This document shows positions 46,097 to 55,576 of a stretch of DNA of 64,000 nt, in pieces (positions within the stretch are counted from its first letter, which is position 1; each line of letters opens with the position of its first letter). Where the stretch lies: NCBI GenBank assembly GCA_963677925.2, contig CAXXYH010000003.1:2048001-2112000 (forward strand), in the 5' to 3' direction. The position numbers were made by a program, and so were the translations under genes. The notes under the pieces were generated by a model, which saw only the letters and a list, made by a program, of their open reading frames with translations, did not search any database and was not told the DNA's origin. Source of the stretch: Spirochaetia bacterium. Lineage in GTDB: Bacteria; Spirochaetota; Spirochaetia; UBA9216.

Positions 46097-47386
46097 ATGT
46101 TTGATAAAAAATCTGAATACAGTTTAGTCCTTGCCGGCGGCGGCGCGAGAGGGGCATATGAAATTGGAGCATGGAAGGCTCTTAAGGAACTCAAAATTGA
46201 AGTAAACGCGGTGGCGGGAACCTCAGTCGGTGCGCTAAACGCGGCTGTCATTGCCCAGGATGAATATGAGCTGGGAATAAAACTGTGGACAGAGATGACC
46301 CTGGACAGGATTATCAGAGTTCCTGAAGGAATGCTTAAAAACGGCAAAATCAAATTCTCGTTCAAAGCATTCAACAGAATCTCAGACCTCAATCTGGATA
46401 TCCGCAACCTCGGGCTTGATACGGCACCGCTTTACAGGATGCTTAAAGAATATATCAGGGAGGACGACATCAGAAAATCAGGCAGAGACCTCGGCATAGT
46501 CACAGTTGAAGTTAACAGCCTTTCTTCAAGAGAGATATTTCTCGATGCCATGGAGCCGGGAACCCTGCCCGACTACCTGCTTGCAAGCGCATCAATTCCA
46601 GCGGTTTTCAAAAATGCTGAGATTAATGGAAAGAAATATGCAGACGGCGGCATCTGGGACAACATACCGCACCGGATGATGAAGCACCGCGGGTATAAAA
46701 AAATTATTGTAGTGGACATCTCCGGCCTCGGAGTAAACCGTCGGCCCGATGTAGCGGGTACCGATACAATTTACATCAAAAACTCCATAGACCTGGGGGG
46801 AATACTGGACTTCGATCCCAACTCAGCTGAAAGAAATATAAACATCGGCTACCTGGATACCCTCAAAGTTTTTGACAAAGTTAAAGGCATAAACTATTTC
46901 TTCAAACCCGATCGTCACCTTGAGGAAAATCTTACCAGAAAACTGTTCGAGATGGATAACGTACAGAAATACTCGCACCTGCTGGAATATGAAACAAAAA
47001 AAATCAGTGAAAAAAACATCGAAACACTTATCCGTAATACACTTCCAACAGAGCAGAAATTTCATAAAGATCTAATCTACTGCCTTATTGATGCGGCTGC
47101 GGCATCGCTTGATATAGAACGGAACAGGCTGTATACATTCAGGGAACTTATTGAGACTATTAAAGATAAATATGCCGAAATAAAACAGAGCGTAAGCAAG
47201 CCAACCGACGGGGAATCGGAATCGTTTTTTACAAAGATCGGTGATGCAATAAGCCTTTTTATTACAGAGAGAGAGAAGGAAAAGTTCACACCCTACGAAT
47301 ACGCCCTGGTTCTGAATAATTTCAAAACTCCGGGAAACCTTTTTCCGGAATACATACCGGCGGAGATATTTCTTTCGTTGATATAG
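46097..47386 (+). CDS. Patatin-like phospholipase
   Basis: GGGARG, GTSVG nucleophile, ASASIP and DGG motifs. Confidence 0.9.
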   Translation: MFDKKSEYSLVLAGGGARGAYEIGAWKALKELKIEVNAVAGTSVGALNAAVIAQDEYELGIKLWTEMTLDRIIRVPEGMLKNGKIKFSFKAFNRISDLNLDIRNLGLDTAPLYRMLKEYIREDDIRKSGRDLGIVTVEVNSLSSREIFLDAMEPGTLPDYLLASASIPAVFKNAEINGKKYADGGIWDNIPHRMMKHRGYKKIIVVDISGLGVNRRPDVAGTDTIYIKNSIDLGGILDFDPNSAERNINIGYLDTLKVFDKVKGINYFFKPDRHLEENLTRKLFEMDNVQKYSHLLEYETKKISEKNIETLIRNTLPTEQKFHKDLIYCLIDAAAASLDIERNRLYTFRELIETIKDKYAEIKQSVSKPTDGESESFFTKIGDAISLFITEREKEKFTPYEYALVLNNFKTPGNLFPEYIPAEIFLSLI

Positions 47387-47393
47387 GAGGACT

Positions 47394-48794
47394 TCAGCGC
47401 CGGTTGGCAGTAATGAGGTCGCGGTACCAGTATCCGCTGTCCTTGATGGTCCGACGGCCGGTCTTATAGTCGACATGTACAATGCCGAAGCGTTTGCGGA
47501 ATCCTTCGGCCCACTCAAAGTTATCAAGCAGCGACCATACAAAGTATCCGCGCAGATCACAGCCCTCATCAGCAGCCCTTGCCGCCTGAGCGGTATAATC
47601 GCTTAGAAAATCAATACGTTTCCGATCCCTGACTCGATAATCTGCCAGGCTATCAGTAAAAGCAGCCCCGTTTTCAGTTATGTATACCGGGATATTCCCA
47701 TAGCGCTCTTTTAACATCATCAGACTTTCGTATAGAGACTCCGGATAAACTTCCCAGCCCATCGAGGTGTACTGCTTATCATTTTTTGTAAATTCACGAT
47801 AGGGCACGGGGCGCAGATCAATCCAGGTATTCAGAAGCGGTACCCATGGTGCAAAGCGAGCCTTGAATCTGGAATAATTATTGACTCCGATAAAGTTCAT
47901 AGGACGGGAAATTATATCCATATCAGAGGATCTAACTTCCGGGAAGGTAAATCCGATTTTTTTCAGTACCGATTGCGGATAATGCCCTTTTAGAAGCGGG
48001 TCGAGAAAAAGTCCATTGAAAAAATCATCAGCAAAATGGGCTGCGTTTCTGTCGCAGGCATGCCCGCCTGCAGGATGGACCGGCGCAAGATCCAGGGTAA
48101 TTCCGACACGGGCAGAAGAGGACACAGACTTGATTCTCTCCATGGCATAAGCATGAGCAAGCAGCTGATTATGAACAACACGTCCGAACTTAAGCGGCCG
48201 GTGCAGGCCCGGGGCGTGGTATCCGAACATATATCCGAAAATTGTGTTTATCCAGGGTTCATTAAGAGTAATCCAGTCTTTCACCCTGTCGCCCAGTTTT
48301 TTCACTACAATCTCAGCGTAATCGGCAAAATAGTGAGCTGATTTTCTGCTCAGAAATCCGCCTGTCTGTTTGAATAGAAAGGCAGGATAATCCCAGTGAA
48401 AAAGCGTTGCAAAAGGTCTGATTCCGGCCTTACATAGCTCATCAGTCAGTCTGTCATAAAAATCAAGCCCTTTCTGATTTACAGAACCGGTTCCCTCAGG
48501 AAGTATGCGTGGCCATGAGACTGAAAAACGGTATGCATCAAGTCCCAGCCGGCCCATGATTGAAACATCTTCAACATAGCGGCTGTAATGAAAGGATGCT
48601 TCATCAGCCCGGTCGCCGTCTTTGATACGGCCTTTTTTATCGGAAAAAACATCCCAGACTGATGGTCCGCGTCCGTCTTCAGCAGCAGCGCCCTCAATCT
48701 GAAAGGCTGATGTGGCTGCACCGAATATTACATCACGCGGAAAAAGCGGGGTTTTAGGCTTTGATGGGGAACGGTAATGATCGTCAGCTAACAC
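47394..48794 (-). CDS. GH1 beta-glucosidase
   Basis: FGAATSAFQIEG, YRFSVSWPRI, TLNEP, YITENG and WSLLDNFEWAEG motifs; start uncertain. Confidence 0.93.
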   Translation of the reverse strand: MLADDHYRSPSKPKTPLFPRDVIFGAATSAFQIEGAAAEDGRGPSVWDVFSDKKGRIKDGDRADEASFHYSRYVEDVSIMGRLGLDAYRFSVSWPRILPEGTGSVNQKGLDFYDRLTDELCKAGIRPFATLFHWDYPAFLFKQTGGFLSRKSAHYFADYAEIVVKKLGDRVKDWITLNEPWINTIFGYMFGYHAPGLHRPLKFGRVVHNQLLAHAYAMERIKSVSSSARVGITLDLAPVHPAGGHACDRNAAHFADDFFNGLFLDPLLKGHYPQSVLKKIGFTFPEVRSSDMDIISRPMNFIGVNNYSRFKARFAPWVPLLNTWIDLRPVPYREFTKNDKQYTSMGWEVYPESLYESLMMLKERYGNIPVYITENGAAFTDSLADYRVRDRKRIDFLSDYTAQAARAADEGCDLRGYFVWSLLDNFEWAEGFRKRFGIVHVDYKTGRRTIKDSGYWYRDLITANRR

Positions 48795-49468
48795 AAAAGC
48801 TCCTCTATTCGATCACATACGGCATCAAGTGAACCTACTTCACTATAGCACAGCTCTTTTATATGAGCAGGGACCTCCTGCAGATCGGGAACCCAGACCA
48901 CCCTGGCACCGGCAGCGGCCCCGGAGCTGATACCCATTGAAGAATCTTCAAATATCAGAAGCTCTGAAGGCTTTACATTCAGCATATCGGCTGATTTTTC
49001 ATAAATTGCGGGATCGGGCTTTCCAACGGATATTTCATCACCGCAGACAATGCTCTGAAACCGGCCGTAAAGATCAGCAATCCGAAGCATTTCCTCAACC
49101 AGGCTGCGTTCGGTAGAGGTTGCCAGGCCGAAGGGTATGCCGCGGCTGTCCAGGCAGTCAAAGAGCCTGAGAACACCGGTTTTCAGGGGCAGCCCCCCTG
49201 TAGCCATAAGCTTTCTGAATTTTGCCTCGGTCTTATCAGCAATCTGCTGGTAGGGGAAATCCATTCCGACTTCTTCTCTTATTATCCGGCCGGTTTCCTG
49301 CCTGGTAGTACCAACACAGTCATGAACAGTATTCCAGGTAACAGTCCAGCCTTCTTCCGCGGCAATTGAAATAAGGCATTCAGCAATTATCCGTTCAGAA
49401 TCAAACAGGATTCCATCCATATCAAAGACAACGGCTTTTACAGTACATTCTTTTTCAGTAGTCATCAA
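48788..49468 (-). CDS. HAD-family phosphatase (beta-PGM-like)
   Basis: FDMDGILFDSE, ATS, GKPDPAIY and FEDS motifs. Confidence 0.88.
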   Translation of the reverse strand: MMTTEKECTVKAVVFDMDGILFDSERIIAECLISIAAEEGWTVTWNTVHDCVGTTRQETGRIIREEVGMDFPYQQIADKTEAKFRKLMATGGLPLKTGVLRLFDCLDSRGIPFGLATSTERSLVEEMLRIADLYGRFQSIVCGDEISVGKPDPAIYEKSADMLNVKPSELLIFEDSSMGISSGAAAGARVVWVPDLQEVPAHIKELCYSEVGSLDAVCDRIEELLC

Positions 49469-49487
49469 ATTCCTTTATTATACAATA

Positions 49488-50375
49488 TCAATTATTTCTT
49501 TTTTCAGGAACTCTTTTGAATGAAAACATAAAAATTACAACACCGATCCATACAATGATGAACCCGGCAAGATCAAAGGGTTTCATCACCTCTCCATATA
49601 AAACCAGACCGATAATCATCATAAGTGTAGGTGCAATAAACTGCAGAAATCCTATACCGAAGAGCGGAATACGTTTTGAACCCGCTGAAAAGAGAACCAG
49701 CGGAACAACTGTTACTACCCCGGCCAGTGAATAGAGAATTTTCATTCCCACACATGCAGGCATAAATCCTCCAAACCCTGCAATTTCCGAGTAAATCATG
49801 TAGGCAAGTGCAATTGGGAAAATAACCATACATTCCAGAGCAACACCTGTAACAGCCGATTCGCTTGAACGCTTTTTAAGCAGACCGTAGAGACCGAAAG
49901 ACAGGGCGAGTGATACCGCGATTACCGGAAACTGCCCCACAAGAACAGTTTTTACACCGACTCCGGCGATTGCAAAACCGACGGCAACTTTCTGGAAGGT
50001 ATTCAGCCGCTCTTTTAGAAAAATGAGCCCTAGAGAGACACTAACAAGAGGATTAATATAGTATCCAAGACTGGACTCAAGTACATGCCCGTGGCCGATT
50101 CCCCAGATAAAGATTGTCCAGTTGATCGCCAGCAGAATACCTCTGAGAACAATCACCATAATCCTCCTGCCGGAACTGAAGGCAGCCTTAAACTCGGATA
50201 ATCGTCCGCTTACTGCCAGAGCCAGAAATGAGAAAACGAAAGCCCAGACTATCCTGTGACTCATAATAACAAAAGACGGAACATCATAGAACAGCTTCCA
50301 GTACAGCGGAAGAAAGCCCCACATAAGATACGCGGAAAAGGCGGATAGAGCACCGCCTATAATTTTTTTATCCAT
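49488..50375 (-). CDS. rarD: EamA-family transporter RarD
   Basis: AYLMWGFLPLYWK, HRIVW, SLGYYINPL, YGLLKK and GFLQFIAP motifs. Confidence 0.9.
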   Translation of the reverse strand: MDKKIIGGALSAFSAYLMWGFLPLYWKLFYDVPSFVIMSHRIVWAFVFSFLALAVSGRLSEFKAAFSSGRRIMVIVLRGILLAINWTIFIWGIGHGHVLESSLGYYINPLVSVSLGLIFLKERLNTFQKVAVGFAIAGVGVKTVLVGQFPVIAVSLALSFGLYGLLKKRSSESAVTGVALECMVIFPIALAYMIYSEIAGFGGFMPACVGMKILYSLAGVVTVVPLVLFSAGSKRIPLFGIGFLQFIAPTLMMIIGLVLYGEVMKPFDLAGFIIVWIGVVIFMFSFKRVPEKRNN

Positions 50376-50387
50376 TATTCACCTGCT

Positions 50388-50424
50388 AAAAAAAACCGGT
50401 TCCGGGAAGCCCCGGAACCGGTTT
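50388..50424 (-). terminator. Intrinsic terminator after the Ig/OmpA gene
   Basis: AAACCGGTTCCGGG/CCCGGAACCGGTTT 14-bp stem with a T8 tract on the minus strand. Confidence 0.85.
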
Positions 50425-50446
50425 AAGTATCAATTAAATTAAGTTC

Positions 50447-52930
50447 CTACTCAAGCCCGGAAACCGCAAATTCCACTCTTCTGTTTTTCCATCTGACGTT
50501 ACGGTCTGTGACCGAAACCATCGGATATTTTCCGCCGAAGGCTTCTGTGGCGATTCTTTCAGGATCAAGACCAAGTTCAATAAGCGCCTTTTTAACCTCT
50601 TCAGCTCTCTTTTCGGTCAGCGGATAGAGAATATCTTCTTCCTTGGCTTCTCTTGAACCGCCGAGATAGATATTTAGAGCATGGGCATCAAGGATGAGTC
50701 CGTACTGCGGATACCTTTCAGACAACTCAATAATTCTCTTAAGTGAATCCATATTATCCTTGTACCTTGCAGGACCTGCGGAATCAAGTGAGTATTTATA
50801 GGCACCGAAGATTATATTCGGAACCATTACAAAGTATTTTCCGTCTTTCTTTACAAGAAGTACATCAAGAGGCAGTGATTCTTTAAGCATAGTAGTATTT
50901 CCGCCGTTATCGGTAACTACCAGCTTCAGGGTATAATTTCCTGAATCATAAATAGGAACACTTCCATCGGCTGCATTCCAGGTAATATCACCTGAAGGGT
51001 TACCCTTGCCGGCATAGGTCCTTAGAAGCCGGCCGTTTTCATCGTAAACATCCATCTCCCAGCCTTTGACATCACGGTCGTCTTCAACCTTTACAGAGAT
51101 GAAAACAGATCCCTCAACACCGGTATCTGTTTTGGCGAAAGGATTAACCTTCACAACCATATCAATTTTAGGAGGATTGATATCGAGTACAAACATGTCG
51201 GAATCAACTTTTACAAAATCACCCTTCTCATAATCGATGTAAATAACTGCCTGGTATACACCATCGAGGGCCGGGGCGGTGTTGCCTTCCTGCATTACCA
51301 TTCCGTCCCATTCTACGGTTCTGGGCAGCGTATCTTCACCCCGGTAGGTCACAAGTGATTCGCCGGTATCATCAATTATTGTCATCTTCCATTCACGTAC
51401 ATCAACCATCAGGTCTGATTTGATTCCGACCTTCAGTTTATCTTCAAGGCCGTCACCGTTTGGTGAAAAACCGCTTGGAACTTCAAGAACTGTATTAACC
51501 GGTCTGCGGTCAATTTTTAAAGTAAAAGGTTCGGCATAGGTTGTATTGCCGGCGAGATCGGTAAAAACGCCGAGAACCAGATATTCTCCGTCAGGAACCT
51601 CTGTTCCGTCTGCACCGGAACCGTCCCATTTAACCAGTGAAGTGGTCTGTGTGTAGTCGGTTTCCAGGACAACCTGCCCGGTCATGTCTATGATACTTCC
51701 TTCCCAGGTAACTGCTTCATTTGATCTGTACTTAACAGTCACAATATCGCCAAGACCGTCTCCGTTTGGAGAAAAAGCATAGCGGTCGGGCTGTATTTCA
51801 ACCCTTGGAGCGGCAATATCAACAACAATTGCCTGTTCAATAACCGGTCGCCAGTTATTCCTGTATTCAACAGACATTGAAAACAGATAATTTCCGGGGA
51901 ACAGCGGAAGTCCGTCAGAATCAAGCCCGTCAAGGGTAATTAAATCAGGCAGACCTGCTTCAGCAGTTCCGGCGTCCTGAATAAGCACTCCGTCCCTGCT
52001 GGCCAGTGACCAGCTCCAGTCGGTTATCGTATCATCAGCTTCATATACCGGAGTAATATTAAGTTTATCAAGAACACCGTCTCCGTTTGGAGAGAATGCG
52101 GTTGATTCAAAATCAAGCTTGAAAACAGGCGCACCGGCATCAAGGCTTATTCCTGTTACTGTATAATCCTTTGATTTATTTCCAGCAAGGTCTGTTGAAT
52201 TGATCAGATAACTGTAGGTTCCGTTCGGCACAAATCCCTCAGCATCGTCAGAGCCGTCCCAGAGAACATCTTCCGGTGAGGCATCAGTCCATGTGTAGGT
52301 TTTCACAACCTTTCCGGCTGAATCCTTGAAAACACCCGTCCATTCGGTTTCTGTTGTTCCATCAGCCTGCAGAATAATAAAAACATCGCCTATTCCGTCA
52401 TTATTAGGCGAGAACATCAGTTTATCCGGCTTTCGCAGTGCGAGCGTCGGGGCTTTTGTATCGATAACAAAGTCATCAACATCAATTTCGGTTGTATGAT
52501 TTGATGAATCCTTAACCCAGACCTTTACCTTGTAGATTCCGTCAGGCAGAACATTTCCGTCCTGGTCCTTACCGTCCCAGGTAATTTCCTTCTCAAGGTT
52601 GAACTCATCATATCCGCGGAAGATCTGAAGAAACCAGTTAACATCGCTTTTTTCTGTCTTAGTTTCCTCTGCTACAACATTTCCGTCAGGATCGATAATA
52701 TTCAATCCGTATTCAGGAACATAGCCTTCCTCACTTTTTACATACAGCTTTACGCTGAATTTCAGAGTTGCATCATCTTTTATACCGTCATCATTAGGAG
52801 AGAGATACTGGGTACCGGATGTTACCGGCGGAATCTCCGGAACTTCCTTGGCTCCGAAAGCAAACAGTGCGCCTCCGGTTACCATAATTAACAGCAGAAC
52901 CAGCAGTGCTGTTTTCTTAAATACAGACAT
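50447..52930 (-). CDS. Exported protein with FlgD-Ig/CHU_C-like repeats and C-terminal OmpA-like domain
   Basis: Signal peptide (FAFGAKE), five (F/L)SPNxDG repeats with WDG motifs, and C-terminal LTEKRAEEV...KNRRVEF. Confidence 0.8.
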   Translation of the reverse strand: MSVFKKTALLVLLLIMVTGGALFAFGAKEVPEIPPVTSGTQYLSPNDDGIKDDATLKFSVKLYVKSEEGYVPEYGLNIIDPDGNVVAEETKTEKSDVNWFLQIFRGYDEFNLEKEITWDGKDQDGNVLPDGIYKVKVWVKDSSNHTTEIDVDDFVIDTKAPTLALRKPDKLMFSPNNDGIGDVFIILQADGTTETEWTGVFKDSAGKVVKTYTWTDASPEDVLWDGSDDAEGFVPNGTYSYLINSTDLAGNKSKDYTVTGISLDAGAPVFKLDFESTAFSPNGDGVLDKLNITPVYEADDTITDWSWSLASRDGVLIQDAGTAEAGLPDLITLDGLDSDGLPLFPGNYLFSMSVEYRNNWRPVIEQAIVVDIAAPRVEIQPDRYAFSPNGDGLGDIVTVKYRSNEAVTWEGSIIDMTGQVVLETDYTQTTSLVKWDGSGADGTEVPDGEYLVLGVFTDLAGNTTYAEPFTLKIDRRPVNTVLEVPSGFSPNGDGLEDKLKVGIKSDLMVDVREWKMTIIDDTGESLVTYRGEDTLPRTVEWDGMVMQEGNTAPALDGVYQAVIYIDYEKGDFVKVDSDMFVLDINPPKIDMVVKVNPFAKTDTGVEGSVFISVKVEDDRDVKGWEMDVYDENGRLLRTYAGKGNPSGDITWNAADGSVPIYDSGNYTLKLVVTDNGGNTTMLKESLPLDVLLVKKDGKYFVMVPNIIFGAYKYSLDSAGPARYKDNMDSLKRIIELSERYPQYGLILDAHALNIYLGGSREAKEEDILYPLTEKRAEEVKKALIELGLDPERIATEAFGGKYPMVSVTDRNVRWKNRRVEFAVSGLE

Positions 52931-53002
52931 TGACTTCCTCCGAATATTGTCACTTAATTGAAATTCTTTCTATTAATCGGCTTATTCTAACATATAAAGC
53001 AT

Positions 53003-54184
53003 TTATTTATCAAAGAAGTTACCGCTATTAAATTTTTCCACATGAAAAAAGTCGGTCAAATTCTGGGCAAGATCTGCAAAAGTGCTTCTGATGCCCAGAG
53101 AGGCCCCGTTTTTACCCTTAATATAGTAAAGAAGCGGAACATATTCCCTGGTATGGTCTGTTCCTTTATAGGAGGGATCACAGCCATGGTCCGCGGTAAC
53201 CGCAAGAAGATCGCCCTCTTCCATTAAATCGATAATCTCAGGAAGCCTGTCGTCCACAGACTTTACCGCATCATGATAGCCTTGTATATCACGGCGGTGT
53301 CCGTAGATCATATCAGTATCAACAAGGTTTACAAATATAAATTCTTTTTCACTCTGTTTTTTCTGCATCAGGCTGATGGTCCTCTCAAGACAGGCGGGAT
53401 TACCCTTGTCCGGATGCGTTTCATCAATTCCCTGAAGATTGAAGATATCTCCGATCTTGCCTACAGCGGTGGTTTTAACACCCTGCTTCTGCAGATGATC
53501 AAGGATTGAATCTCCGGGAAGAGCTATGCTGTAATCGTGCCGACGGCTGGTTCTGCTGAAAGATCCCGGCTCGCCTTCGAAGGGTCTGGCTATTACACGC
53601 CCGACCATATACGGGTCGCAGAGCTTCCGTGCGGTTTCACAGATTGAGTAAAGTTCATCGATAGGAATTACCGATTCGTGGGCGGCTATCTGAAAAACGG
53701 AATCTGCCGATGTGTAGCATATGGGGCTTCCGGTTTTCATGTGTTCTTCACCGAGTTCATCTATTATTGCAGTGCCTGAAGCAGCCTTGTTACCAAGGAT
53801 CTTTCGCCCTGTAGCTTTCTCGAAGGCTTCAACAAGTTCCGAAGGGAATGAAGGAAAGTCAGGATTGAAAACAGGAAAGGCTTTCTCAAGTATGATTCCG
53901 GCAAGCTCCCAGTGTCCGGTAGTTGTATCTTTACCGGGAGAAGTCTCGGCCATGACAGAATATGAGGCAAGCGGATTCTCCACGGCTTCACAACCGGGAA
54001 GACTGTTTCCAAGCAGCATTGAGGCATTGCCGAGTCCCAGTTTTTTAAGGTTGGGCCATTCCGCCCCGCCGGGCATACCTTCTGCAATATGGACGGCTGT
54101 ATTGGCACCGGTATCCCCGTATTTTTCTGCATCCGGCAGTGAGCCGATACCGAAACTGTCTATTACAAGTACTAAAGCTCTCAT
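53003..54184 (-). CDS. deoB: Phosphopentomutase
   Basis: DSFGIG, GKDTTTGHWE, YTSADSVFQIAAHE, RVIARPF, YGHRRD and TADHGCDP motifs. Confidence 0.95.
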   Translation of the reverse strand: MRALVLVIDSFGIGSLPDAEKYGDTGANTAVHIAEGMPGGAEWPNLKKLGLGNASMLLGNSLPGCEAVENPLASYSVMAETSPGKDTTTGHWELAGIILEKAFPVFNPDFPSFPSELVEAFEKATGRKILGNKAASGTAIIDELGEEHMKTGSPICYTSADSVFQIAAHESVIPIDELYSICETARKLCDPYMVGRVIARPFEGEPGSFSRTSRRHDYSIALPGDSILDHLQKQGVKTTAVGKIGDIFNLQGIDETHPDKGNPACLERTISLMQKKQSEKEFIFVNLVDTDMIYGHRRDIQGYHDAVKSVDDRLPEIIDLMEEGDLLAVTADHGCDPSYKGTDHTREYVPLLYYIKGKNGASLGIRSTFADLAQNLTDFFHVEKFNSGNFFDK

Positions 54185-54357
54185 ACAACCTCCGAAACTG
54201 TGCTTTATTACAATATAACACTGCTATGGTAGTATTCAAACAACAATAACAGTTGATAAAAAAGAATTGAATACTTGCCTGTCTATCAAAATCATTCTAT
54301 TATTTAATATCAAACATGTGCAATTATAAATTGCAGACGTTTAAAGGAGCGTACACT

Positions 54358-55446
54358 ATGAAAAAATTGGGAATTATTGCTTTACTGCTGATCATGATTC
54401 TCCCCGCAGCCTTTGCAGGCGGACAGACAGAAAGTAAATCAAGCGGTTATGAAGTTGCCATGATTACCGACATCGGTGACATTGACGACAAGTCATTCAA
54501 CCAGGGAACATGGGAAGGTATTGTTAAGTTTGCAGAAGACAACAAACTGACTCACAAGTACTACAAGCCAACAGAAAAAACTACCGACGCTTATGTTGCC
54601 GCAATCGATCTCGCTATTACCGGCGGTGCAAAGATTGTCGTTTGTCCCGGATACCTTTTTGAACCTGCCATCTACAGAGCACAGGATCTTTATCCGGATA
54701 CAAGTTTTATTCTCATTGACGGAACTCCCCATACTGAAGACTATTCAACTTTCAGAATTGAGAGCAATGTTTACTCAATCTTTTACGCAGAGCAGGAATC
54801 AGGATTCCTCGCCGGCTATGCAGCTGTAAAAGACGGATACACAAAACTCGGATTCATGGGCGGAATGGCAGTACCTGCAGTTGTTAGATACGGATACGGT
54901 TTTGTTCAGGGTGCTGAAAAAGCAGCTTCTGAGATGGGACTCAGTTCTGTAGAACTTATGTACACATATACAGGAAACTTTGATGCAACACCTGAAAACC
55001 AGGCAATGGCTGCTTCATGGTACGGAAGCGGAACAGAAGTTATTTTTGCATGCGGCGGAAAAGTCGGAAACTCAGTTATGGCTGCTGCTGAAGCAAATAA
55101 CGGAAAGGTTATCGGTGTAGACGTTGATCAGTCAGCAGAATCTGCTACTGTTGTAACTTCAGCAATGAAGCAGCTCGGCGTATCTGTTTACCTCGGTCTT
55201 GAAGAATTCTATGCAGGAAAATTCAAAGGCGGAGTTTCAGAAACACTCGATGCAACTGTTGATGCAGTTGGTCTTCCTATCGACAACTCAAAGTTTAAAA
55301 AATTCAGCAAGGCTGATTACGAAAAACTTTTTACAGCACTCGTAAATGATACAAACGGACTGAGAACCTCTATTCTCGGCGACGGTGCAGGAGATTCTCC
55401 AAACGCACTCCCGCTTTCAATAGTATCAGTTACAGTTGTTCAGTAA
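54358..55446 (+). CDS. BMP-family (TmpC/PnrA-like) nucleoside ABC substrate-binding protein
   Basis: GDIDDKSFNQ, EQESGFLAG, IGVDVDQ and TSAMK motifs; SD AAGGAG. Confidence 0.92.
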   Translation: MKKLGIIALLLIMILPAAFAGGQTESKSSGYEVAMITDIGDIDDKSFNQGTWEGIVKFAEDNKLTHKYYKPTEKTTDAYVAAIDLAITGGAKIVVCPGYLFEPAIYRAQDLYPDTSFILIDGTPHTEDYSTFRIESNVYSIFYAEQESGFLAGYAAVKDGYTKLGFMGGMAVPAVVRYGYGFVQGAEKAASEMGLSSVELMYTYTGNFDATPENQAMAASWYGSGTEVIFACGGKVGNSVMAAAEANNGKVIGVDVDQSAESATVVTSAMKQLGVSVYLGLEEFYAGKFKGGVSETLDATVDAVGLPIDNSKFKKFSKADYEKLFTALVNDTNGLRTSILGDGAGDSPNALPLSIVSVTVVQ

Positions 55447-55468
55447 TTCATCTATTTCTGAAGAATCC

Positions 55469-55500
55469 AAGAGGTTGCCTACCCGGCAACCTCTTTTTTT
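55469..55500 (+). terminator. Intrinsic terminator/step-down after the BMP gene
   Basis: AAGAGGTTGCC-N5-GGCAACCTCTT followed by a T tract. Confidence 0.85.
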
Positions 55501-55576
55501 GCTCCATAGGGTAAAAACTGAGGAGTAATTCATCTATATAGTATATAATTAAATAAATGTATGATGGAGGAGCCAT

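Noticed and set aside
54185-54357. Purine riboswitch or specific operator before the BMP gene (TGCAATT-ATA-AATTGCA at 54319-54335; AGTATTCAA/TTGAATACT)
   Set aside because: No purine aptamer core. Short palindromes in AT-rich DNA cannot be assigned to a regulator.
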